DNA from: an uncultured bacterium
GTDB taxonomy: Bacteria; CAYUVA01
DNA length: 64,000 bases
Direction: 5' to 3'
Assembly: GCA_964448115.1 (NCBI GenBank)
Contig: CAYUVA010000017.1
Span: 1 to 64,000, forward strand
A model generated the notes under the pieces. The model did no database searches. It saw only the letters and a program-made list of their open reading frames with translations, and was not told the origin of the DNA. Position 1 is the first letter of the stretch. Each line of letters starts with the position of its first letter. Positions 9,880 to 17,861 of the stretch are shown one piece after another. A program made the translations under genes and the position numbers.

Positions 9880-11679
9880 ATGATACGCAAGTTAGGCACA
9901 GTAGTACTGATTCTCAGCCTGGTATTATGGGTGGGGGTACTTTGCTTGTATGCCGAGCAAGAGAAAGAAGAAACTGCTACCCAAGAGAAGACTGAACAGG
10001 TCGAACAGAAAGTTCAAATTAAGCCCAAAGAGGCTCTGAAGAAGGAGAGCATCATCCTGTATGGACATGAAAACAAGGCTGTCTTCAAGCTCCCGGAGGG
10101 TGATATGCTCAAAAAAGACGATCAGCAAAAGCTGATCTCGCCTTATGCCTTCGAGTCAACCTACTCGCAAAAGGACTCCGAGTTCTATTCACTGTTTTCC
10201 GCGGTTGACATCACAGACTACGGCTACAACAACCCTCCCTACGAGCCTTCCAATCCAGATCCCCGCGATGGTGCGACCAATGTCCCCACCGACTCGATAC
10301 TCACCTGGGTCGGTGGCGACCCGGACTCTGGGGACACGGTCTATTACGATGTTTACTTCGAGAAGGATAATCCCAACCCGCAGGTCTTGGTAAAGCAAGG
10401 CATCACGGTAACCACCTACGATCCCAACGAGGAAGGCGGACCTGGCTTGGATCGTGCTTCGACCTATTACTGGAAGATTATCGCTGAGGATGATCACGGG
10501 GCGGTTACTCCTGGTAGAGTCTGGGCGTTCTCCACCGAGGGAAGCGTACCTGATACGCCGACGCCGACTCCGACCGGGCAAACCCCGGTGGTTACTCCAA
10601 CACCCACCGTTACCCCGACTGCGGAACCGGCGCCTGATGCGCCGGTGCTCGATGATGAGCCTCCTTATACAGCAGGCACCACTAACACGCTATCCTGGAG
10701 CAAACCCCAGTACGCGCACGAATTCAAGATCGAATGCCACAAGAGACCTGACATGACAGACCTGGTGGCTGACAGCGGCTGGATCACGCAGAGCAACTAC
10801 ACTTTCACCAACTTGCAGGATTCCACGACCTACTTCTACCGCGTCAAGGCGAGAAACAACGCCCGCGTGGAAAGCGCATGGTCTAACAGGGTCAGCTCCA
10901 CGCAGGATGCAAGCAAGCCGAAGATTTATCTCGCTGGCTACCTGAATACCAATGTAAGCCAGGCAACTGGAGGCGTGATCGAGATCGGCGCTTATGTGAT
11001 GGACAACATCGGGGTCGATAATGTCGAGGTTTACTACGACAAGTCTCCTACCGGCTTGTTCTTGCCCGAAGTGGCGCAGAAGGTTTATATAACCACGCTG
11101 AATGTTGGTCCGGGTGCTCCGGCAGGGCAGTACCTGCTTCAGGTAGTTGCCACAGATAATGCGGGCAACGAGAGCTTCATGTGGCCTTACCTTTACATAA
11201 CAGAACAAGCACAAGCACAGGCTGCCGAGGCACAGATCATGAGACTTGCAGAACCGATGCTTGCTGAGGATGTCATGGATGAGGAGCACCCCTGGCAGGT
11301 ATTACTACAGGCATCCATTGAAGGACTCGAAGCCAAGGCGGGCGAGAGACCGAGGATTCTGGCTGGCGGTTACTGGGATACCTACCTGTCCGAGGAAGCC
11401 GGCGGCAAGTTCAACTTCGTTGTCGCGGTTAATGATCCCAACGGATGGGCTGATATCAGCATCGTGGAGATCTACTTTGGCGGGCACAGAACCGGCGTGT
11501 TCCTCAAGGATGACGGTACCCAGGGCGATATGGCTGCGGGAGACGGTCTGTTCACCTTCAGCAGCATGATCACCCAGCCTCTGGGAGAGGGCACTGCCGG
11601 TGAGTACCTGTTAACCGTTGTTGCCACCGACCTGTCCGGTAACACCAGCTTCACCTATCCGTTCCTGAGAATTCAGTAG
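9880..11679 (+). CDS. Secreted fibronectin type III-like protein with Pro/Thr linker and tandem C-terminal domain
   Basis: Signal peptide, NNPP..PSNPDP.DG, TYYWKIIAED and TTYFYRVKARN FN3-like motifs, PTPTP linker, two C-terminal repeats ending WPYLYI and YPFLRIQ; AAGGAG RBS. Confidence 0.75.
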   Translation: MIRKLGTVVLILSLVLWVGVLCLYAEQEKEETATQEKTEQVEQKVQIKPKEALKKESIILYGHENKAVFKLPEGDMLKKDDQQKLISPYAFESTYSQKDSEFYSLFSAVDITDYGYNNPPYEPSNPDPRDGATNVPTDSILTWVGGDPDSGDTVYYDVYFEKDNPNPQVLVKQGITVTTYDPNEEGGPGLDRASTYYWKIIAEDDHGAVTPGRVWAFSTEGSVPDTPTPTPTGQTPVVTPTPTVTPTAEPAPDAPVLDDEPPYTAGTTNTLSWSKPQYAHEFKIECHKRPDMTDLVADSGWITQSNYTFTNLQDSTTYFYRVKARNNARVESAWSNRVSSTQDASKPKIYLAGYLNTNVSQATGGVIEIGAYVMDNIGVDNVEVYYDKSPTGLFLPEVAQKVYITTLNVGPGAPAGQYLLQVVATDNAGNESFMWPYLYITEQAQAQAAEAQIMRLAEPMLAEDVMDEEHPWQVLLQASIEGLEAKAGERPRILAGGYWDTYLSEEAGGKFNFVVAVNDPNGWADISIVEIYFGGHRTGVFLKDDGTQGDMAAGDGLFTFSSMITQPLGEGTAGEYLLTVVATDLSGNTSFTYPFLRIQ

Positions 11680-11701
11680 CCTTAACCATAGTACAATCAA
11701 G

Positions 11702-11735
11702 GGCAGCCTCTTTATATAGAGGGGCTGCCTTTTTT
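11702..11735 (+). terminator. Rho-independent terminator
   Basis: GGCAGCCTCT...AGGGGCTGCC stem followed by a T-tract, 22 nt after the stop codon. Confidence 0.7.
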
Positions 11736-11761
11736 AATGATCCTATGAAGGGAGAAATGAT

Positions 11762-12673
11762 ATGCTTTTCTTCCCTAAATGCCTAACTTGTGTCTTTGAT
11801 GACCTTGTCGGTGCCTTGCAGCTATTGGATCTGCCATCAGAGACCAAGGATGAGATAGTAAAGCAAAGCCTAAAGTACTGCGCCAATAACTATAGCAGGG
11901 ACAAGCTCCCTTCGCATTACATTACTAAGGTGCATCGGATATTAAAACAGGTCTCTGGTATTGAGACACCCTTTTCAGAGTTGCGTCGCGCCTGCAATGA
12001 TGTCGGTATCATCCTGGCAGAGAAGCTGCATAAGGAGATTCAAGTTCTATCTGACCGGTTTGAGCGTTTCCGGCTGCTGGTTCGCTGGGCGATTGCCGGC
12101 AATGTCCTCGATTTCAGAACCGTCGGCACCGGATACGGATTCGGCATTGAGCAGATCGAGGCTATGGTAAAAAAGCCATTTGATCAAGGGCTTGCGGTAG
12201 ATGACACCGAGGAGATCTTCGAGCTATTGGGCAAGCTGGATAATGTCCTGTATGTTCATGACAATGTCGGCGAGATCGCCCTGGACAAGATGCTGATAAA
12301 GGAATTGACTGAAAACATGGGCAAAACGGTGATCTCGGCGGTGCGCCGCGGTCCAATAACCAGCGATGCTACTTTCCAGGATGCCGAGTATGTGGGATTG
12401 AGCCATGCCGGCTGCTCCGTAATCATCGGCTGCGAAGATACCCTCGGCTTGCAGTGGGAGGAGCTGACCGATCAATTTCACCGGGCTCTCAAGGAGGCAG
12501 GCATGGTCATTACCAAGGGACAAGCAAACTACTATATTATGTCCGAGATAGGCAAGGACTTGGGTATTCCGATTGCTTGTCTATTCACCAGCAAGTGCGA
12601 TCCAGTCTCTGCCGAGTATGGACTTACAGGGAAGGTGAACATAGCCTCATTGTTAACCAAGCATAAGAAATAG
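11762..12673 (+). CDS. ARMT1-like / DUF89 damage-control phosphatase
   Basis: N-terminal CxxC, AIAGNVLDF, DNVGEIALD, PITSDAT, ITKGQANY, SKC. Confidence 0.85.
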   Translation: MLFFPKCLTCVFDDLVGALQLLDLPSETKDEIVKQSLKYCANNYSRDKLPSHYITKVHRILKQVSGIETPFSELRRACNDVGIILAEKLHKEIQVLSDRFERFRLLVRWAIAGNVLDFRTVGTGYGFGIEQIEAMVKKPFDQGLAVDDTEEIFELLGKLDNVLYVHDNVGEIALDKMLIKELTENMGKTVISAVRRGPITSDATFQDAEYVGLSHAGCSVIIGCEDTLGLQWEELTDQFHRALKEAGMVITKGQANYYIMSEIGKDLGIPIACLFTSKCDPVSAEYGLTGKVNIASLLTKHKK

Positions 12674-12691
12674 ACCCCTGAACATACTTGA

Positions 12692-13744
12692 ATGAAGCGG
12701 ACCTTGAAGGATGACAAGACCGATTCCCCGGGCATATCGGTGGTTATCCCCTTGAAGAATAATCTATCGACCATCGCCTGGTGCTTACAGAGCCTCGATG
12801 ATTCTGAATTCAAGGATTTCGAGACCATCGTGGTCGATGATGGTTCAGATGACGGCTCGCTAGAATTATTAAGTGCTTATTCGCCGCTTCGCTTGATAAG
12901 AAACCATGGGGTAGGCGTCTCCTCAGCGCGAAATACAGGGGCTAAAGCAGCCAACGGCGAGATCATCCTGTTCATCGATGCTGATATAATGGTTAGAAGA
13001 CAGACCCTGGGCAGAATCAAGGAAAAATTTGATAGCTATCCCGACCTTGACGGCTTGGTGGGAGTGCTCAGCGAGGATATCCCTTTCTTTAATTTCTCAA
13101 GCAATCTGAAAAATCTCTGGATGCGATATACTTACCTGCGCCTGGTCAATAGAAAATCGGTCAACCTTTTTTACACATCGCTGGCAGCCATTCGCCGAGG
13201 ACGATTTCTTCAGACCGATGGCTTTGATGAGCGCTATCGCAAGCCGGGGATAGAGGACACCGTCTTTGGGCATGCATTGGCAGCAAATGGCTTCAAGATA
13301 CGGGTATTCGATGATATTGAGGCTGCCCACCACAAGCGCTATAGCCTGCGCAGCCTTCTGGCAACCGATGTAGAGCGCTCTGCATCGCTGGTTCGGTTTG
13401 CCTTTTTTACACTAAGGCATCTAAAAAGAGTGGGTAATACATCCTCTGTGCCTACTGGATTCATGGCGAGCCTTATTTTAATCTTGCTTTCATTCATAAC
13501 ATTGGTTAGCTCGATATGCGGCTTTGGAATATCGATAATTGTGCCTCTGATCCTGCTGGCAGGCTTTTACCTGCTTAATCTAGATTACATAAGATTTCTA
13601 AAACAAGCCAAAGGATGGCTCTTTTTTATGCAATCCCTGTTATTTCTTCCCTTAGAGGGGCTTGCCGTGATGATCGGCATCGCTTGGGGATTGATATCGA
13701 TATTTCTTCTGGACAAGAGATCCGGATGCAGGCATGACAAATGA
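12692..13744 (+). CDS. Glycosyltransferase family 2 with C-terminal TM helices
   Basis: ISVVIP, VVDDGSDD, ARNTG, FIDAD, GFDE..IED. Confidence 0.85.
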   Translation: MKRTLKDDKTDSPGISVVIPLKNNLSTIAWCLQSLDDSEFKDFETIVVDDGSDDGSLELLSAYSPLRLIRNHGVGVSSARNTGAKAANGEIILFIDADIMVRRQTLGRIKEKFDSYPDLDGLVGVLSEDIPFFNFSSNLKNLWMRYTYLRLVNRKSVNLFYTSLAAIRRGRFLQTDGFDERYRKPGIEDTVFGHALAANGFKIRVFDDIEAAHHKRYSLRSLLATDVERSASLVRFAFFTLRHLKRVGNTSSVPTGFMASLILILLSFITLVSSICGFGISIIVPLILLAGFYLLNLDYIRFLKQAKGWLFFMQSLLFLPLEGLAVMIGIAWGLISIFLLDKRSGCRHDK

Positions 13745-14342
13745 GGGGGTGGACATAGCTTTCCAACTGTCATTACCGCGAAGGCGGGAATCCAGTTCCT
13801 ATCAACACTTACTTTGTGATCAAAATCAATTCTTCAGATCTGCCCAAGCCTTTTCTCAATTGACATTTATAGGTGGCTTCAATATTTTAAGATCTCGAGG
13901 TATTCTGATAGAAGGAAGAAATGCCGATGATGTAGCCGAGCGTTATCTGGGGGGATTTTACGCCAAGATGTACCTATCGCCATTGGATTTGCATTATGTA
14001 ATTTTCCCCTGTAACGGCGAAGTGGTAGGGAGTCTTCATTCGCCGGGAAGCGCTTTGCCGGTCATATTCTACAGATCTGCTGACATAAAGAATGAAAGAT
14101 TGACCACCGAGTACAAAACGCGCTTTGGCTTTAACATGCTGATCGCGATGATCGGCTCCTTCGCGGTCAATGCCATAGAGCGAAATTACCAGGTTGGCGA
14201 GAGCTACTCGCAGGGGGATATCCTGGGCAGGTTTCTGATCGGCTCCACGGTGCTGTTGATCTTTCCACCCGATTCAGCGGAGATGCTTATCAAGGTAGGC
14301 AAGAAGGTGAAGCTCTACCAGCCGCTAATCAAGCCGATATAA
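13734..14342 (+). pseudogene. psd: Phosphatidylserine decarboxylase C-terminal fragment (probably 5'-truncated)
   Basis: YLSPLDLH, KNER and GRFLIGSTV (self-cleavage GST motif) are present. The N-terminal SPxDG region is absent, and the first ~55 codons are non-homologous and include a REP-like palindrome. Confidence 0.6.
13768..13799 (+). repeat. TGTCA-tagged palindrome (dRS3/REP-like)
   Basis: TGTCATTACCGCGAAGGCGGGAATCCAGTTCC, 30/32 identical to 1998-2029. Confidence 0.8.
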
Positions 14343-14362
14343 GCGGCAGTTGAGGATATTCG

Positions 14363-17035
14363 ATGAATGAAAATGATATGAAGGATCAATCCGACTTCCC
14401 AAGAGATCCATTTCAAATATTGGATCCGGAAATAAGATGGGTGCCGTCTGCAAAAGAGCTGAAAGAAAAAGCTTATGATCACTTATTACCCCCTTTAGTG
14501 CATAAGATCCGTATTCAGGTTAAACAATGGCGGGATTTTAGGTATAGAGGCGCTTCGCCAACCTCGATTGCCCTGTTGAATTACTGGTTTAATACCGAAC
14601 ATAAGAACGGAGATGATTACTTTCAGTACTATTTCGCTCAGCGAGAAGCGGTTGAATCGGTAATATATTTATATGAGGTTGCAAAGGCTAGAGAAAAACA
14701 TGAACTAATCCAATTTGATTCATCAGAGCGAGTTAGCAAGGGTATGTTTCTAGGTAACTGGACTCGCTATGTTATAAAAATGGCGACAGGAACTGGAAAA
14801 ACTAAGGTAATTAGCCTTGTTTTGGCTTGGTCTTATTTCCATAAATTATATGAAGAGGATTCAGATCTTTCCAGAAATTTCCTTATAATTGCACCGAATA
14901 TTATAGTCTTAAACAGACTTAGAAAAGATTTCGATGATCCTACTATCTTCAGACAAGACCCAATTATCCCCGAAAATGGATATCAAGATAGAGATTGGAG
15001 AAATGATTTCCAGTTAACTTTGCATATACAGGATGAGCTAAAGCCTATAACAGGTGAAGGTAACCTCTTTCTTACCAATATTCATAGAGTTTATCTGAAT
15101 GAGCCATTTGCTACTATCGAAGAGGAATTTCTTGGCAAGAGACCTGCACCGGATGCTGATACCTCAAAGGGTGCTGACCTAGGCAAAGTTGTAAGAAGCG
15201 ATAAGATCAAAGACCTTGTCGTGTTCAACGACGAGGCACACCATATTCATGATGAACAATTGCAGTGGTTCCAAAGCATCGAGGATGTTAATAATCAGAT
15301 GAAACTGAAGACTGGGCATGGGATCGCACTTCAATTGGATACGACTGCGACACCAAAACATTCAGATGGATCTATCTTTGTGGAAACAATATGTGATTAC
15401 CCTCTCGTAGAGGCTATCAGACAGAATGTGGTGAAATCACCAGTATTGCCGGATGAGGTATCCCGAGCAAAAATAACTGAACAGACATCGGATAAGTTCG
15501 TCGAAAGATATAAGAATTTTATTGAACTAGGATATATTGAATGGGAGCAACAATATGAGGAACTTAAGAACCATAAAACACCCATCCTCTTTGTCATGAC
15601 AAATGTAACTAGCGAAGCTGATGAGACAAAAGAATATCTGGAAAGAATATATCCTAAGCTCAAAGGAGCTGTTCTAGTAATCCATACGAATAGAAGTGGC
15701 GATATTTCAGAAAGTGGATCAACCAAAAAGAAAAAAGAAGAACTGGAAAAACTGAGGGAAGCAGCAGATAACATAGACTCTGACCTCTCAAAGTACAAAG
15801 CAGTTGTATCTGTGATGATGCTCAGAGAAGGATGGGATGTTAAAAATGTAAGCACCATCGTAGGATTACGCCCCTATGGATCACCTGCAAGGATACTGCC
15901 GGAACAAACCCTAGGCAGGGGTTTGCGAAAGATGTTCGGCAGAGATGTAAAAGAAGAATTGGTGGTAGTTGGAACACCTGCTTTCATTGAATTCGTTGAA
16001 TCGATTAAAACCGAAGGGGTTCAGCTTGGCTACAGAAAAATGGGACCTAATGTCAAATCACAACAGCCTTTGATTATCGAAGTAGATTCCGATAATGCAA
16101 ATAAAGATATAGATAAACTTGATATTCAGATCCCAATTTTAACATCTCGAATATATAGAGAATATAAGAATCTTGAGGAAATTGATGTATATGCAATGAA
16201 AGTTGATCCTTTAACATTAAATGAATATACAGAAGAAGAACTTAAACAAATAATATTTAGAGATATCGACGATAATATCTCTCATACAACAGTTTTTTCC
16301 GATGCAAACATAGACTATAGGAATGTTATCGGTTTTTTCACTCAAAGCATAATGAAAGAAAACCGACTGGTAAGTGGATTTAATATCCTTTATCCGAAAG
16401 TGGAAGTATTTATTCGTATGAAACTATTCGGTAAAGAAGTTGACCTACAAGATCGACAGATAATTAGAAACCTTTCTGAAATAAATACAAGGGTTGCCAT
16501 TTTTACTGCTTTCAAAAATGCTATCAATGAGTTAACAATTAGAGATAAGGGTTCTGCTGAAGTTCGTAACTTTATTTCTTTGAAAAATACACGGCCAACT
16601 GTAGTTAATAATCAAAGATATCTAATACCTCAAAAAAGCATATTTAATAAAATAGTTGGAGATAGCGATTTTGAGCTTGAATTTGCTGCTTTCCTTGAAC
16701 AATGTAATGATATTATATCTTTTGCAAAAAACAATGAAAAAATTGTATTCAAAATAGAATACCAGGCTGATGATGGGAATATAAAATTATTTATACCTGA
16801 TTTCTTTGTTAAGGCAACCGAAAATGAACATTATATTATTGAGACAAAAGGAAGAGAAGATTTAGATGATATACGAAAAAGAAATCGCCTTATAACCTGG
16901 TGTAATGATGTGAACCATGTACAGGATAAAATTAAATATAATCCTCTTTATGTAAAACAAGAAATATGGGAAAAATACCGAGATAGCTTAAAGAACTTTA
17001 GAGATGTTATAGGGCTGGGAAAAATTAATGAATAA
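14363..17035 (+). CDS. res: Type III-like restriction enzyme Res subunit (SF2 helicase plus PD-(D/E)XK nuclease)
   Basis: YYFAQREAVE, MATGTGKT, DEAHH, TATP, LREGWDVKNV, EQTLGRGLR; C-terminal FIPDFFV..IIETKG; AT-rich. Confidence 0.88.
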   Translation: MNENDMKDQSDFPRDPFQILDPEIRWVPSAKELKEKAYDHLLPPLVHKIRIQVKQWRDFRYRGASPTSIALLNYWFNTEHKNGDDYFQYYFAQREAVESVIYLYEVAKAREKHELIQFDSSERVSKGMFLGNWTRYVIKMATGTGKTKVISLVLAWSYFHKLYEEDSDLSRNFLIIAPNIIVLNRLRKDFDDPTIFRQDPIIPENGYQDRDWRNDFQLTLHIQDELKPITGEGNLFLTNIHRVYLNEPFATIEEEFLGKRPAPDADTSKGADLGKVVRSDKIKDLVVFNDEAHHIHDEQLQWFQSIEDVNNQMKLKTGHGIALQLDTTATPKHSDGSIFVETICDYPLVEAIRQNVVKSPVLPDEVSRAKITEQTSDKFVERYKNFIELGYIEWEQQYEELKNHKTPILFVMTNVTSEADETKEYLERIYPKLKGAVLVIHTNRSGDISESGSTKKKKEELEKLREAADNIDSDLSKYKAVVSVMMLREGWDVKNVSTIVGLRPYGSPARILPEQTLGRGLRKMFGRDVKEELVVVGTPAFIEFVESIKTEGVQLGYRKMGPNVKSQQPLIIEVDSDNANKDIDKLDIQIPILTSRIYREYKNLEEIDVYAMKVDPLTLNEYTEEELKQIIFRDIDDNISHTTVFSDANIDYRNVIGFFTQSIMKENRLVSGFNILYPKVEVFIRMKLFGKEVDLQDRQIIRNLSEINTRVAIFTAFKNAINELTIRDKGSAEVRNFISLKNTRPTVVNNQRYLIPQKSIFNKIVGDSDFELEFAAFLEQCNDIISFAKNNEKIVFKIEYQADDGNIKLFIPDFFVKATENEHYIIETKGREDLDDIRKRNRLITWCNDVNHVQDKIKYNPLYVKQEIWEKYRDSLKNFRDVIGLGKINE

Positions 17036-17315
17036 AGCATATTTTGTATATATAATGACTAATAAGAATAATGCTGTTCTTTATACTGGAGTAACCAATA
17101 ATCTAAAACGAAGAATCTATGAACATAAAAATAAAATAATTCAGGGATTTACAAGCAGGTATAATATTGTGAAGCTCGTTTATTATGAAATGTATAATGA
17201 TATTTACATGGCAATTAACCGGGAAAAGCAGATTAAAGCAGGTCCAAGAAAGAAGAAAATTGATTTGATTAATGGCATGAATCCTGAGTGGAAGGATTTA
17301 TACGATGGTTTATAA
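17028..17315 (+). CDS. Small stand-alone GIY-YIG nuclease (YhbQ/UPF0213-like)
   Basis: FVYIMTN..VLYTGVTNNLKRRIYEHK, AINREKQIK, NPEWKDL; start overlaps the end of res. Confidence 0.9.
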   Translation: MNKAYFVYIMTNKNNAVLYTGVTNNLKRRIYEHKNKIIQGFTSRYNIVKLVYYEMYNDIYMAINREKQIKAGPRKKKIDLINGMNPEWKDLYDGL

Positions 17316-17331
17316 TGAGATTATGAGATAT

Positions 17332-17784
17332 GAGATTGCTTCGTCGCTACGCTCCTCGCAATGACAATGGCGTGAATGGTTGCTTCNNNNNNNNNNNNNN
17401 NNNNNNNNNNNNNNNNNNNNNNNNNNNNNNNNNNNNNNNNNNNNNNNNNNNNNNNNNNNNNNNNNNNNNNNNNNNNNNNNNNNNNNATCCCATTGTACTG
17501 TTATGGAGATTGCTTCGTCGCTACGCTCCTCGCAATGACAATGGCGTGAATGGTTGCTTCCCCCTTTCACTGTCATTGTGTCCCCCCACCTTGTCATTGT
17601 GTCCCCCCACCTTGTCATTGTGTCCCCCCACCTTGTCATTGCGAGCAAAGCGAAGCAATCCCATTGTACTGTTATGGAGATTGCTTCGTCGCTACGCTCC
17701 TCGCAATGACAAAGAAGGGAACCTCAATGACAAAGAATGGACTCGCAAAGACAACGAAAGGAACCGCGTTGGCAAAGAAGGCTT
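17332..17784. repeat. Array of TGTCA-tagged REP-like palindromes with 21-bp tandem flanks (contains assembly gap)
   Basis: Identical 35-mer GAGATTGCTTCGTCGCTACGCTCCTCGCAATGACA at 17332, 17506 and 17677 (171-bp period); inverted partner TGTCATTGCGAGCAAAGCGAAGCAATC at 17634; TGTCATTGTGTCCCCCCACCT x3 (17571-17633); degenerate 21-mers 17701-17784. Confidence 0.9.
17387..17486. other. Assembly gap (100 N) inside the repeat array
   Basis: Run of N flanked on both sides by copies of the 171-bp unit, so probably a collapsed tandem repeat. Confidence 0.95.
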
Positions 17785-17861
17785 GGGCATTGATGGACAT
17801 AATATCAAACAAATATGATATAATATTCGGTAACTACCACAAAAGAAAGGAACAATAAAAA

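Noticed and set aside
10189-11654. Numerous 60-200 aa ORFs overlapping long genes (here and throughout the window)
   Set aside because: They are antisense or alternate-frame shadows of well-supported CDSs and have no motifs of their own.
17332-17784. Possible CRISPR array (35-bp palindromic repeat, three copies)
   Set aside because: The intervening sequences are about 136 bp and repeated rather than unique spacers, inverted copies are present, and there are no cas genes. It fits a REP/BIME-like array.
17310-17858. ORFs 17310-17648, 17330-17818 and 17550-17858
   Set aside because: They are translations of the repeat array (HCHCEERSDEAIS, RLLRRYAPRND), and two of them cross the N gap.
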